Assembly (NCBI GenBank): GCA_964016885.1
Contig: OZ024744.1
Coordinates: forward strand, 17,236,001-17,300,000
Direction: 5' to 3'
Source of the DNA: Eledone cirrhosa
Lineage: Eukaryota
Length of the DNA stretch: 64,000 nucleotides
Positions 32,501 to 49,130 of this stretch are shown in pieces. A program made the position numbers and the translations under genes. The notes beneath the pieces were generated by a model. That model was not told where the DNA came from. It ran no database searches and saw nothing but the letters and a program-made list of their open reading frames with translations. Each line of letters begins with the position of its first letter. Within the stretch, counting starts at the first letter, position 1.

Positions 32501-33990
32501 TTGCTGACCTGTCCACCATCAGACATTGACGGCAGGTTGATACACATTGCTGACCTGTACACCATCAGACATTGACGACAGGTTGATACTCATTGCTGAC
32601 CTGTACACCATCAGGTATTGACGACAGATTGATACTCATTGCTGACCTGTACACCATCAGACATTGACGGCAGGTTGATACTCATTGCTGACCTGTACAC
32701 CATCAGATACTGACGACAGGTTGATACTCATTGCTGACCAGTACACCATCAGACATTGATGACAGGTTGATACTCATTGCTGACCTGTACACCATCAGAC
32801 ATTGACGGCAGGTTGATACTCATTGCTGACCTGTACACCATCAGTTATTGACGACAGGTTGATACTCATTGTTGACCTGTACACCATCAGATACTGACGA
32901 CAAGTTGATACTCATTGCTCACCTGTACACCATCAGATATTGAGGACAGGTTGGTACTCATTGCTGACCTCTACACCATCAGATATTGACGACAGGTTGA
33001 TACTCATTGCTGACCTGATAACCATCAGATATTGACGGCATTTTGATACTCATTGCTGACCTGTACACCATCAGACATTGACGACAGGTTGATACTCGTT
33101 GCTGATCTGTACACCATGAGATACTGACGACAGGTTGATACTCATTGCTGACCTGTACACCATCAGACATTGACGGCAGGTTGATACTCATTGCTGACCT
33201 GTACACCATCAGACATTGACGGCAGGTTGATACTCATTGCTGAGCTGTACACCATCAGACATTGACGACAGGTTGGTACTCATTGCTGACCTGTACACCA
33301 TCAGATACTGACGACAGGTTGATACTCATTGCTGACCTGTACACCATCAGGTATTGACGACAGGTTGATACTCATTGCTGACCTGTACACCATCAGACAT
33401 TGACGGCAGGTTGATACTCATTGCTGACCTGTACACCATCAGATACTGACGACAGGTTGATACTCATTGCTGACCAGTACACCATCAGACATTGACGACA
33501 GGTTGATACTCATTGCTGACCTGTACACGATCAGATATTGACGGCAGGTTGATACTCATTGCTAACCTGTACACCATCAGACATTGACGGCAGGTTGATA
33601 CTCATTGCTGACCTGTACTTCATCAGACATTGACGGTAGGTTGATACTCATTGCTGACCTGTAAACCATCAGACATTGACGACAGGTTGGTACTCATTGC
33701 TGACCTGTACACCATCAGATACTGACGACAGGTTGATACTCATTGCTGACCTGTACACCATCAGACACTTACGACAGGTTGATACTCATTGCTGACCTGT
33801 CCACCATCAGACATTGACGGCAGGTTGATACACATTGCTCACCTGTACACCATCAGACATTGACGACAGGTTGATACTCATTGCTGACCTGTACACCATC
33901 AGGTATTGACGACAGGTTGATACTCATTGCTGACCTGTACACCATCAGACATTGACGGCAGGTTGATACTCATTGCTGACCTGTACACCA
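28700..33990. repeat. Block duplication at offset 3772 bp (82 monomers): about 28700-30220 and 32472-33990
   Basis: ACACTTACG monomer 28700/32472, ACACGATC 29757/33529 and ORFs 29207/32979. Confidence 0.85.
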
Positions 33991-36379
33991 TCAGGTATTG
34001 ACAGCAGGTTGATACTCATTGCTGATCTGTACACCATCAGATTTTGACGGCAGGTTGATACTCATTGCTGACCTGTACACCATCAGATACTGACGACAGG
34101 TTGATACTCATTGCTGACCAGTACACCATCAGACATTGACGACAGATTGCTACTCATTGCTGACCTGTACACCATCAGGTATTGACAGCAGGTTGATACT
34201 CATTGCTGATCTGTACACCATCAGATTTTGACGGCAGGTTGATACTCATTGCTGACCTGTACACCATCAGACATTGACGACAGGTTGATACTCATTGCTG
34301 ACCTGTACACCATCAGGTTTTGACGACAGGTTGATACTCATTGCTGACCTGTACACCATCAGTTATTGACGACAGGTTGATACTCATTGCTCACCTGTAC
34401 ACCATCAGATATTGACGACAGGTTGATACTCATTGCTTACCTGATAACCATCAGGCATTGACGGCATTTTGATACTCATTGCTGACCTGTACACCATCAG
34501 ACATTGACGACAGGTTGATACTCGTTGTTGATTTGTACACCATCAGATACTGACGACAGGTTGATACTCATTGCTGACCTGTACACCATCATACATTGAC
34601 GGCAGGTTGATACTCATTGCTGACCTGTACACCATCAGACAGTGACGGCAGGTTGCTACTCATTGTTGAACTGTACACCATCAGTTATTGACGACAGGTT
34701 GATACTCATTGCTGACCTGTACACCATCATATATTGACGGCAGGTTGATACTCATTGCTAACCTGTACACCATCAGACATTGACGGCAGGTTGATATTCA
34801 TTGCTGACCTGTACACCATCAGACATTGACGGTAGGTTGATACTCATTGCTGACCTGTACACCATCAGGTATTTACGACAGGTTGATACTCATTGCTGAC
34901 CTGTACACCATCAGGTATTGACGACAGGTTGGTACTCATTGTTGACCTGTACACCATCAGATACTGACGACGTGTTGATTCTCATTGCTCACCTGTACAC
35001 CATCAGATATTGACGACAGGTTGGTACTCATTGCTGACCTGTACACCATCGGATACTGACGACAGGTTGATACTCATTGCTGATCTGATAACCATCAGAC
35101 ATTGACGGCATTTTGATACTCATTGCTGACCTGTACACCATCAGACATTAACGACAGGTTGATACTCGTTGCTGATCTGTACACCATCAGATACTGACGA
35201 CAGGTTGATACTCATTGCTGACCTGTACACCATCAGACATTGACGGCAGGTTGATACTCATTGCTGACCTGTACACCATCAGACATTGACGGCAGGTTGA
35301 TACTCATTGCTGACCTGTACACCATCAGTTATTGACGACAGGTTGATACTCATTGCTGACCTGTACACCATCAGATATTGACGGCAGGTTGATACTCATT
35401 GCTAACCTGTACACCATCAGACATTGACGGCAGGTTGATACTCATTGCTGACCTGTACACCATCAGACATTGACGGTAGGTTGATACTCATTGCTGACCT
35501 GCACACCATCAGGTATTCACGACAGGTTGGTACTCATTGCTGACCTGTACACCATCAGGTATTCACGACAGGTTGGTACTCATTGTTGACCTGTACACCA
35601 TCAGATACTGACGACGAGTTGATTCTCATTGCTCACCTGTACACCATCAGATATTGACGACAGGTTGGTTCTCATTGCTGACCTGTACACCATCAGCTAC
35701 TGACGACAGGTTGATACTCATTGCTTACCTGTACACCATCAGGTACAGATGACAGGTTGATACACATTGCAGACCTGTACACTACAGGTATTGACGGCAG
35801 GTTGATATTCATTGCTTACCTGTACACCATCAGCCATTAACGGCAGGTTGGTACTCATTGCTGACCTGTACACCATCAGACATTGACGGCAGGTTGATAC
35901 TCATTGCTGACCTGTACACCATCAGGTATTGACGACAGGTTGGTACTCATTGTTGACCTGTACACCATCAGATACTGACGACAAGTTGATACTCATTGCT
36001 GACATGTACACCATCAGATATTGACGACAGGTTGGTACTCATTGCTGACCTGTACACCATCAGACACTGACGACATGTTGATACTCATTGCTGACCTGTC
36101 CACCATCAGACATTGACGGCAGGTTGATACACATTGCTGACCTGTACACCATCAGACATTGACGACAGGTTGATACTCATTGCTGACCTGTACACCATCA
36201 GGTATTGACGACAGGTTGATACTCATTGCTGACCTGTACACCATCAGATACCGACGACAGGTTGATACTCATTTCTGACCTGTACACCATCATACATTGA
36301 CGGCAGGTTGATACTCATTGCTGACCTGTACACCATCAGACATTGACGACAGGTTGATACTCATTGCTGACCTGTACAC

Positions 36380-39300
36380 CATCAGACATTGACGGCAGGT
36401 TGATACTCATGGCTGACCTGTACACCATCAGACATTGACGGCAGGTTGATACACATTGCTGACCTGTTCACCATCAGTTATTGACGACAGGTTGATACTC
36501 ATTGTTGACCTGTACAGCATCAGATACTGACGACAAGTTGATACTAATTGCTCACCTGTACACCATCAGATATTGACGACAGGTTGGTACTCATTGCTGA
36601 CCTGTACACCATCAGATACTGACGACAGGTTGATACACATTGCTGACCTGTACACCATCAGACACTGACGACAGGTTGATACTCATTGCTGACCTGTCCA
36701 CCATCAGACATTGACGGCAGGTTGATACACATTGCTGACCTGTACACCATCAGACATTCACGACAGGTTGATACTCATTGCTGACCTGTACACCATCAGG
36801 TATTGACGACAGGTTGATACTCATTGCTGACCTGTACACCATCAGACATTGACGGCAGGTTGATACTCATTGCTGACCTGTACACCATCAGATATTGACG
36901 ACAGGTTGATACTCATTGCTGACTGTACACCATCAAATACTGACGACAGGTTGATACTCATTGCTGACCAGTACACCATCAGACATTAATGACAGGTTGA
37001 TACTCATTGCTGACCTGTACACCATCAGACATTGACGACAGGTTGCTACTCATTGCTGACCTGTACACCATCAGGTATTGACAGCAGGTTGATACTCATT
37101 GCTGATCTGTACACCATCAGATTTTGACGGCAGGTTGATACTCGTTGCTGACCTGTACACTATCAGACATTGACGGCGAGGTTGATACTCATTGCTGTCC
37201 TGTACACCATCAGGTATTGACGACAGGTTGATACTCATTGCTGACCTGTACACCATCAGACATTGACGACAGGTTGATACTCATTGCTGACCTGTACACC
37301 ATCAGATACCGACGACAGGTTGATACTCATTTCTGACCTGTACACCATCAGACATTGACGGCAGGTTGATACTCATTGCTGACCTGTACACCATCAGACA
37401 TTGACGACAGGTTGATACTCATTGCTGACCTGTACACCATCAGACATTGACGACAGGTTGATACTCATTGCTGACCTGTACACCATCAGGTATTGACGAC
37501 AGGTTGATACTCATTGCTGACCTGTACACCATCAGTTATTGACGACAGGTTGATACTCATTGCTGACCTGTACACCATCAGATATTGACGGCAGGTTGAT
37601 ACTCATTGCTGACCTGTACACCATCAGACATTGACGGCAGGTTGATACTCATTGCTGACCTGTACACCATCATACATTGACGGCAGGTTGATACTCATTG
37701 CTGACCTGTACACCATCAGTTATTGACGACAGGTTGATACTCATTGTTGACCTGTACACCATCAGATACTGAGGACAAGTTGATACTCATTGCTCACCTG
37801 TACACCATCAGATATTGACGACAGGTTGGTACTCATTGCTGACCTGTACACCATCAGATACTGACGACAGGTTGATACTCATTGCTGACCTGATAACCAT
37901 CAGACATTGACGGCATTTTGATACTCATTGCTGACCTGTACACCATCAAACATTGACGACAGGTTGATACTCGTTGCTGATCTGTACACCATCAGATACT
38001 GACGACAGGTTGATACTCATTGCTGACCTGTACACCATCAGACATTGACGGCAGGTTGATACTCATTGCTGACATGTACACCATCAGACATTGACGGCAG
38101 GTTGATACTCATTGCTGACCTGTACACCATCAGTTATTGACGACAGGTTGATACTCATTGCTGACCTGTACACCATCAGGTAATGACGACAGGTTGGTAC
38201 TCATTGTTGACCTGTACACCATCAGATACTGACGACAAGTTGATTCTCATTGCTCACCTGTACACCATCAGATATTGACGACAGGTTGGTACTCATTGCT
38301 GACCTGTACACCATCAGATACTGACGACAGGTTGATACTCATTGCTGATCTGATAACCATCAGACATTGACGACAGGTTGATACTCATTGCTGACCTGTA
38401 CACCATCAGGTATTGACGACAGGTTGATACTCATTGCTGACCTGTACACCATCAGACATTGACGGCAGGTTGATACTCATTGCTGACCAGTACACCATCA
38501 GGTATTGACGACAGGTTGATACTCATTGCTGACCTGTACACCATCAGACATTGACGGCAGATTGATACTCATTGCTGACCTGTACACCATCAGGTATTGA
38601 CGACAGGTTGATACTCATTGCTTACCTGTACACCATCAGGTACATATGACAGGTTGATACACATTGCAGACCTGTACACTGCAGGTATTGACGCCAGGTT
38701 GATATTTATTGCTTACCTGTACACCATCAGCCATTGACGGCAGGTTGGTACTCATTGCTGACCTGTACACCATCAGACATTGACGGCAGGTTGATACTCA
38801 TTGCTGACCTGTACACCATCAGGTATTGACGACAGGTTGGTACTCATTGCTGACCTGTACACCATCAGATACTGACTACAACTTTATACTCATTGCTGAC
38901 ATGTACACCATCAGATATTGACGACAGGTTGGTACTCATTGCTGACCTGTACACCATCAGATACTGACGACAGGTTGATACTCATTGCTGACCTGTACAC
39001 CATCAGACACTGACGACAGGTTGATACTCATTGCTGACCTGTCCACCATCAGACATTGACGGCAGGTTGATACACATTGCTGACCTGTACACCATCAGAC
39101 ATTGACGACAGGTTGATACTCATTGCTCACCTGTACACCATCAGTTATTGACGACAGGTTGATACTCATTGCTGACCTGTACACCATCAGATATTGACGG
39201 CAGGTTGATACTCATTGTTGACCTGTACACCATCAGATACTGACGACAAGTTGATACTCATTGCTCACCTGTACACCATCAGATATTGACGACAGGTTGG

Positions 39301-42300
39301 TACTCATTGCTGACCTGTACACTATCAGATACTGACGACAGGTTGATACTCATTGCTGACCTGATAACCATCAGACATTGACGGCATTTTGATACTCATT
39401 GCTGACCTGTACACCATCAGACATTGACGACAGGTTGATACTCGTTGCTGATCTGTACACCATCAGATACTGACGACAGGTTGATACTCATTGCTGACCT
39501 GTACACCATCAGACATTGACGGCAGGTTGATACTCATTGCTGACCTGTACACCATCAGACATTGACGGCAGGTTGATACTCATTGCTGACCTGTACACCA
39601 TCAGTTATTGACGACAGGTTGATACTCATTGCTGACCTGTACACCATCAGATATTGACGGCAGGTTGATACTCATTGCTAACCTGTACACCATCAGACAT
39701 TGACGGCAGGTAGATACTCATTGCTGACCTGTACACCATCAGACATTGACGGTAGGTTGATACTCATTGCTGACCTGTACACCATCAGGTATTGACGACA
39801 TGTTGGTACTCATTGTTGACCTGTACACCATCAGATACTGACGACAAGTTGATTCTCATTGCTCACCTGTACACCATCAGATATTGACGACAGGTTGGTA
39901 CTCATTGCTGACCTGACACCATCAGATACTGACGACAGGTTGATACTCATTGCTGACCTGATAACCATCAGACATTGACGACAGGTTGATACTCATTGCT
40001 GACCTGTACACCATCAGGTATTGACGACAGGTTGATACTCATTGCTAACCTGATAACCATCAGACATTGACGACAGGTTGATACTCATTGCTGACCTGTA
40101 CACCATCAGGTATTGACGACAGGTTGATACTCATTGCTGACCTGTACACCATCAGACATTGACGGCAGGTTGATACTCATTGCTGACCAGTACACCATCA
40201 GGTATTGACGACAGGTTGATACTCATTGCTTACCTGTACACCATCAGGTACAGATGACAGGTTGATACACATTGCAGACCTGTACACCATCAGGTATTGA
40301 CGGCAGGTTGATATTCATTGCTGACCTGTACACCATCAGCCATTGACGGCAGGTTGGTACTCATTGCTGACCTGTACACCATCAGACATTGACGGCAGGT
40401 TGATACTCATTGCTGACCTGTACACCATCAGGTATTGACGACAGGTTGGTACTCATTGTTGACCTGTACACCATCAGATACTGACGACAAGTTGATGCTC
40501 ATTGCTGACATGTACACCATCAGGTATAGACGACAGGTTGATACTCATTGCTGACTGTTAACCATCAGATACTGACGACAGGTTGATACTCATTGCTGAC
40601 CAGTGCACCATCAGACATTGATGGCAGGTTGATACACATTGCTGACCTGTACACCATCAGACATTGATGGTAGGTTGATACTCATTGCTGACCTGTACAC
40701 CATCAGGTATTTACGACAGGTTGATACTCATTGCTGACCTGTACACCATCAGGTATTGACGACAGGTTGGTACTCATTGTTGACCTGTACACCATCAGAT
40801 ACTGACGACGTGTTGATTCTCATTGCTCACCTGTACACCATCAGATATTGACGAGAGGTTGGTACTCATTGCTGACCTGTACACCATCAGATACTGACGA
40901 CAGGTTGATACTCATTGCTGACCTGATAACCATCAGACATTGACGGCATTTTGATACTCATTGCTGACCTGTACACCATCAGACATTAACGACAGCTTGA
41001 TACTCGTTGCTGATCTGTACACCATCAGATACTGACGACAGGTTGATACTCATTGCTGACCTGTACACCATCAGACATTGACGGCAGGTTGATACTCATT
41101 GCTAACCTGTACACCATCAGACATTGACGGTAGGTTGATACTCATTGCTGACCTGCACACCATCAGGTATTCACGACAGGTTGGTACTCATTGCTGACCT
41201 GTACACCATCAGGTATTCACGACAGGTTGGTACTCATTGTTGACCTGTAAACCATCAGATACTGACGACGAGTTAATTCTCATTGCTCACCTGTACACCA
41301 TCAGATATTGACGACAGGTTGGTTCTCATTGCTGACCTGTACACCATCAGCTACTGACGACAGGTTGATACCCATTGCTTACCTGTACACCATCAGGTAC
41401 AGATGACAGGTTGATACACATTGCAGACCTGTACACTACAGGTATTGACGGCAGGTTGATATTCATTGCTTACCTGTACACCATCAGCCATTGACGGCAG
41501 GTTGGTACTCATTGCTGACCTGTACACCATCAGACATTGACGGCAGGTTGATACTCATTGCTGACTTGTACACCATCAGGTATTGACGACAGGTTGGTAC
41601 TCATTGTTGACCTGTACACCATCAGATACTGACGACAAGTTGATACTCATTGCTGACATGTACACCATCAGATATTGACGACAGGTTGGTACTCATTGCT
41701 GACCTGTACACCATCAGATACTGACGACAGGTTGATACTCATTGCTGACCTGTACACCATCAGACACTGACGACAGGTTGATACTCATTGCTGACCTGTC
41801 CACCATCAGACATTGACGGCAGGTTGATACACATTGCTGACCTGTACACCATCAGACATTGACGACAGGTTGATACTCATTGCTGACCTGTACACCATCA
41901 GGTATTGACGACAGGTTCATACTCATTGCTGACCTGTACACCATCAGACATTGACGACAGGTTGATACTCATTGCTGACCTGTACACCATCAGATACCGA
42001 CGACAGGTTCATACTCATTTCTGACCTGTACACCATCATACATTGACGGCAGGTTGATACTCATTGCCGACCTGTACACCATCAGACATTGACGACAGGT
42101 TGATACTCATTGCTGACCTGTACACCATCAGACATTGACGACAGGTTGATACTCATTGCTGACCTGTACACCATCAGGTAATGACGACAGGTTGATACTC
42201 ATTGCTGACCTGTACACCATCAGTTATTGACGACAGGTTGATACTCATTGCTGACCTGTACACCATCAGATATTGACGGCAGGTTGATACTTATTGCTGA

Positions 42301-44540
42301 CCTGTACACCATCAGACATTGACGGCAGGTTGATACTCATGGCTGACCTGTACACCATCAGACATTGACGGCAGGTTGATACACATTGCTGACCTGTTCA
42401 CCATCAGTTATTGACGACAGGTTGATACTCATTGTTGACCTGTACAGCATCAGATACTGACGACAAGTTGATACTAATTGCTCACCTGTACACCATCAGA
42501 TATTGACGACAGGTTGGTACTCATTGCTGACCTGTACACCATCAGATACTGACGACAGGTTGATACTCATTGCTGACCTGTACACCATCAGACACTGACG
42601 ACAGGTTGATACTCATTGCTGACCTGTCCACCATCAGACATTGACGGCAGGTTGATACACATTGCTGACCTGTACACCATCAGACATTGACGACAGGTTG
42701 ATACTCATTGCTGACCTGTACACCATCAGGTATTGACGACAGGTTGATACTCATTGCTGACCTGTACACCATCAGACATTGACGGCAGGTTGATACTCAT
42801 TGCTGACCTGTACACCATCAGATATTGACGACAGGTTGATACTCATTGCTGACTGTACACCATCAAATACTGACGACAGGTTGATACTCATTGTTGACCA
42901 GTACACCATCAGACATTGATGACAGGTTGATACTCATTGCTGACCTGTACACCATCAGACATTGACGACAGGTTGCTACTCATTGCTGACCTGTACACCA
43001 TCAGGTATTGACAGCAGGTTGATACTCATTGCTGATCTGTACACCATCAGATTTTGACGGCAGGTTGATACTCATTGCTGACCTGTACACTATCAGACAT
43101 TGACGGCGAGGTTGATACTCATTGCTGTCCTGTACACCATCAGGTATTGACGACAGGTTGATACTCATTGCTGACCTGTACACCATCAGACATTGACGAC
43201 AGGTTGATACTCATTGCTGACCTGTACACCATCAGATACCGACGACAGGTTGATACTCATTTCTGACCTGTACACCATCAGACATTGACGGCAGGTTGAT
43301 ACTCATTGCTGACCTGTACACCATCAGACATTGACGACAGGTTGATACTCATTGCTGACCTGTACACCATCAGGTATTGACGACAGGTTGATACTCATTG
43401 TTGACCTGTACACCATCAGGTATTGACGACAGGTTGATACTCATTGCTGACCTGTACACCATCAGTTATTGACGACAGGTTGATACTCATTGCTGACCTG
43501 TACACCATCAGATATTGACGGCAGGTTGATACTCATTTCTGACCTGTACACCATCAGACATTGACGGCAGGTTGATACTCATTGCTGACCTGTACACCAT
43601 CATACATTGACGGCAGGTTGATACTCATTGCTGACCTGTACACCATCAATTATTGACGACAGGTTGATACTCATTGTTGACCTGTACACCATCAGATACT
43701 GACGACAAGTTGATACTCATTGCTCACCTGTACACCATCAGATATTGACGACAGGTTGGTACTCATTGCTCACCTGTACACCATCAGACATTGACGGCAG
43801 GTTGATACTCATTGCTGACCTGTACACCATCAGACATTGACGGCATTTTGATACTCATTGCTGACCTGTACACCATCAAACATTGACGACAGGTTGATAC
43901 TCGTTGCTGATCTGTACACCATCAGATACTGACGACAGGTTGATACTCATTGCTGACCTGTACACCATCAGACATTGACGGCAGGTTGATACTCATTGCT
44001 GACATGTACACCATCAGACATTGACGGCAGGTTGATACTCATTGCTGACCTGTACACCATCAGTTATTGACGACAGGTTGATACTCATTGCTGACCTGTA
44101 TACCATCAGGTATTGACGACAGGTTGGTACTCATTGTTGACCTGTACACCATCAGATACTGACGACAAGTTGATTCTCATTGCTCACCTGTACACCATCA
44201 GATATTGACGACAGGTTGGTACTCATTGCTGACCTGTACACCATCAGATACTGACGACAGGTTGATACTCATTGCTGATCTGATAACCATCAGACATTGA
44301 CGACAGGTTGATACTCATTGCTGACCTGTACACCATCAGGTATTGACGACAGGTTGATACTCATTGCTGACCTGTACACCATCAGACATTGACGGCAGGT
44401 TGATACTCATTGCTGACCAGTACACCATCAGGTATTGACGACAGGTTGATACTCATTGCTGACCTGTACACCATCAGACATTGACGGCAGATTGATACTC
44501 ATTGCTGACCTGTACACCATCAGGTATTGACGACAGGTTG
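36380..44540. repeat. More diverged block duplication at offset 5930 bp (129 monomers minus 4 bp): about 36380-38610 and 42310-44540
   Basis: Shared rare markers: CATGGCTG 36411/42341, GACTGTAC deletion 36921/42851, GGCGAGG insertion about 37177/43107, ORFs 37071/43001. Several substitutions separate the copies. Upstream similarity (about 34800-36300 vs 40650-42070) continues at shifting offsets. Confidence 0.85.
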
Positions 44541-46849
44541 GTACTCATTGCTGACCTGTACACCATCAGATACTGACGACAGGTTGATACTCATTGCTGA
44601 CCTGTACACCATCAGACACTGACGACAGGTTGATACTCATTGCTGACCTGTCCACCATCAGACATTGACGGCAGGTTGATACACATTGCTGACCTGTACA
44701 CCATCAGACATTGACGACAGGTTGATACTCATTGCTGACCTGTACACCATCAGTTATTGACGACAGGTTGATACTAATTGCTGACCTGTACACCATCAGA
44801 TATTGACGGCAGGTTGATACTCATTGCTGACCTGTACACCATCAGACATTGACGGCAGGTTGATACTCATTGCTGACCTGTACACCATCAGACATTGACG
44901 ACAGGTTGATACTCATTGCTGACCTGTACACCATCAGTTATTGACGACAGGTTGATACTCATTGTTGACCTGTACACCATCAGATACTGACGACAAGTTG
45001 ATACTCATTGCTCACCTGTACACCCTCAGATATTGACGACAGGTTGGTACTCATTGCTGACCTGTACACTATCAGATACTGACGACAGGTTGATACTCTT
45101 TGCTGACCTGATAACCATCAGACATTGACGGCATTTTGATACTCATTGCTGACCTGTACACCATCAGACATTGACGACAGGTTGATACTCGTTGCTGATC
45201 TGTACACCATCAGATACTGACGACAGGTTGATACTCATTGCTGACCTGTACACCATCAGACATTGACGGCAGGTTGATACTCATTGCTGACCTGTACACC
45301 ATCAGACATTGACGGCAGATTGATACTCATTGCTGACCTGTACACCATCAGGTATTGACGACAGGTTGATACTCATTGCTTACCTGTACACCATCAGGTA
45401 CAGATGACAGGTTGATACACATTGCAGACCTGTACACTACAGGTATTGACGCCAGGTTGATATTCATTGCTTACCTGTACACCATCAGCCATTGACGGCA
45501 GGTTGGTACTCATTGCTGACCTGTACACCATCAGACATTGACGGCAGGTTGATACTCATTGCTGACCTGTACACCATCAGGTATTGACGACAGGTTGGTA
45601 CTCATTGTTGACCTGTACACCATCAGATACTGACGACAAGTTTATACTCATTGCTGACATGTACACCATCAGATATTGACGACAGGTTGGTACTCATTGC
45701 TGACCTGTACACCATCAGATACTGACGACAGGTTGATACTCATTGCTGACCTGTACACCATCAGACACTGACGACAGGTTGATACTCATTGCTGACCTGC
45801 CACCATCAGACATTGACGGCAGGTTGATACACATTGCTGACCTGTACACCATCAGACATTGACGACAGGTTGATACTCATTGCTGACCTGTACACCATCA
45901 GTTATTGACGACAGGTTGATACTCATTGCTGACCTGTACACCATCAGATATTGACGGCAGGTTGATACTCATTTCTGACCTGTACACCATCAGACATTGA
46001 CGGCAGGTTGATACTCATTGCTGACCTGTACACCATCATACATTGACGGCAGGTTGATACTCATTGCTGACCTGTACACCATCAATTATTGACGACAGGT
46101 TGATACTCATTGTTGACCTGTACACCATCAGATACTGACGACAAGTTGATACTCATTGCTCACCTGTACACCATCAGATATTGACGACAGGTTGGTACTC
46201 ATTGCTCACCTGTACACCATCAGATACTGACGGCAGGTTGATACTCATTGCTGACCTGTACACCATCAGGTATTGACGGCAGGTTGATACTCATTGCTGA
46301 CCTGTACACCATCAGACATTGACGGCAGGTTGATACTCATTGCTGACCTGTACACCATCAGACATTGACGGCATTTTGATACTCATTGCTGACCTGTACA
46401 CCATCAAACATTGACGACAGGTTGATACTCGTTGCTGATCTGTACACCATCAGATACTGACGACAGGTTGATACTCATTGCTGACCTGTACACCATCAGA
46501 CATTGACGGCAGGTTGATACTCATTGCTGACATGTACACCATCAGACATTGACAGCAGGTTGATACTCATTGCTGACCTGTACACCATCAGTTATTGACG
46601 ACAGGTTGATACTCATTGCTGACCTGTACACCATCAGGTATTGACGACAGGTTGATACTCATTGCTGACCTGTACACCATCAGATATTGACGGCAGGTTG
46701 ATACTCATTGCTGACCTGTACACCATCAGACATTGACGGCAGGTTGATACTCGTTGCTGACCTGTACACCATCAGACATTGACGACAGGTTGATACTCAT
46801 TGCTGACCTGTACACCATCAGTTATTGACGACAGGTGATACTCATTGTT

Positions 46850-49130
46850 GACCTGTACACCATCAGATACTGACGACAAGTTGATACTCATTGCTAACCT
46901 GTACACCATCAGATATTGACGACAGGTTGGTACTCATTGCTGACCTGTACACTATCAGATACTGACGACAGGTTGATACTCATTGCTGACCTGATAACCA
47001 TCAGACATTGACGGCATTTTGATACTCATTGCTGACCTGTACACCATCAGACATTGACGACAGGTTGATACTCGTTGCTGATCTGTACACCATCAGATAC
47101 TGACGACAGGTTGATACTCATTGCTGACCTGTACACCATCAGACATTGACGGCAGGTTGATACTCATTGCTGACCTGTACACCATCAGATATTGACGGCA
47201 GGTTGATACTCATTGCTAACCTGTACACTATCAGACATTGACGGCAGGTAGATACTCATTGCTGACCTGTACACCATCAGACATTGACGGTAGCTCGATA
47301 CTCATTGCTGACCTGTACACCATCAGGTATTGACGACATGTTGGTACTCATTGTTGACCTGTACACCATCAGATACTGACGACAACTTGATTCTCATTGC
47401 TCACCTGTACACCATCAGATATTGACGACAGGTTGGTACTCATTGCTGACCTGACACCATCAGATACTGACGACAGGTTGATACTCATTGCTGACCTGAT
47501 AACCATCAGACATTGACGACAGGTTGATACTCATTGCTGACCTGTACACCATCAGGTATTGACGACAGGTTGATACTCATTGCTGACCTGTACACCATCA
47601 GACATTGACGACAGGTTGATACTCATTGCTGACCTGTACACCATCAGGTATTGACGGCAGGTTGATACTCATTGCTGACCAGTACACCATCAGGTATTGA
47701 CGACAGGTTGATACTCATTGCTTACCTGTACACCATCAGGTACAGATGACAGGTTGATACACATTGCAGACCTGTACACCATCAGGTATTGACGGCAGGT
47801 TGATATTCATTGCTGACCTGTACACCATCAGCTATTGACGGCAGGTTGGTACTCATTGCTGACCTGTACACCATCAGACATTGATGGCAGGTTGATACTC
47901 ATTGCTGACCTGTACACCATCAGTTATTGACGACAGGTTGATACTCATTGTTGACCTGTACACCATCAGATACTGACGACAAGTTGATACTCATTGCTCA
48001 CCTGTACACCATCAGATATTGACGACAGGTTGGTACTCATTGCTGACCTGTACACTATCAGATACTGACGACAGGTTGATACTCATTGCTGACCTGATAA
48101 CCATCATACATTGACGGCATTTTGATACTCATTGCTGACCTGTACACCATCAGACATTGACGGCATTTTGATACTCATTGCTGACCTGTACACCATCAGA
48201 CATTGACGACAGGTTGATACTCGTTGCTGATCTTTACACCATCAGATACTGACGACAGGTTGATACTCATTGCTGACCTGTACACCATCAGACATTGACG
48301 GCAGGTTGATACTCATTGCTGACCTGTACACCATCAGACATTGACGGCAGGTTGATACTCATTGCTGACCTGTACACCATCAATTATTGACGACAGGTTG
48401 ATACTCATTGCTGACCTGTACACCATCAGATATTGACGGCAGGTTGATACTCATTGCTAACCTGTACACCATCAGACATTGACGGCAGGTAGATACTCAT
48501 TGCTGACCTGTACACCATCAGACACTGACGGTAGCTTGATACTCATTGCTGACCTGTACACCATCAGGTATTGACGACATGTTGGTACTCATTGTTGACC
48601 TGTACACCATCAGATACTGACGACAAGTTGATTCTCATTGCTCACCTGTACACCATCAGATATTGACGACAGGTTGGTACTCATTGCTGACCTGACACCA
48701 TCAGATACTGACGACAGGTTGATACTCATTGCTGACCTGATAACCATCAGACATTGACGACAGGTTGATACTCATTGCTCACCTGTACACCATCAGGTAT
48801 TGACGACAGGTTGATACTCATTGCTGACCTGTACACCATCAGACATTGACGACAGGTTGATACTCATTGCTGACCTGTACACCATCAGGTATTGACGGCA
48901 GGTTGATACTCATTGCTGACCAATACACCATCAGGTATTGACGACAGGTTGATACTCATTGCTTACCTGTACACCATCAGGTACAGATGACAGGTTGATA
49001 CACATTGCAGACCTGTACACCATCAGGTATTGACGGCAGGTTGATATTCATTGCTGACTTGTACACAATCAGACATTGACGGCAGGTTGGTACTCATTGC
49101 TGACCTGTACACCATCAGACATTGACGGCA
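46850..49130. repeat. Adjacent diverged copies of an approximately 24-27-monomer cassette
   Basis: CTGACACC deletion 47451/48692 (offset 1241 = 27x46 - 1), GGTAGCT variant about 47289/48530, and shared GGTAGATAC and GTACAGATG monomers. Confidence 0.75.
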
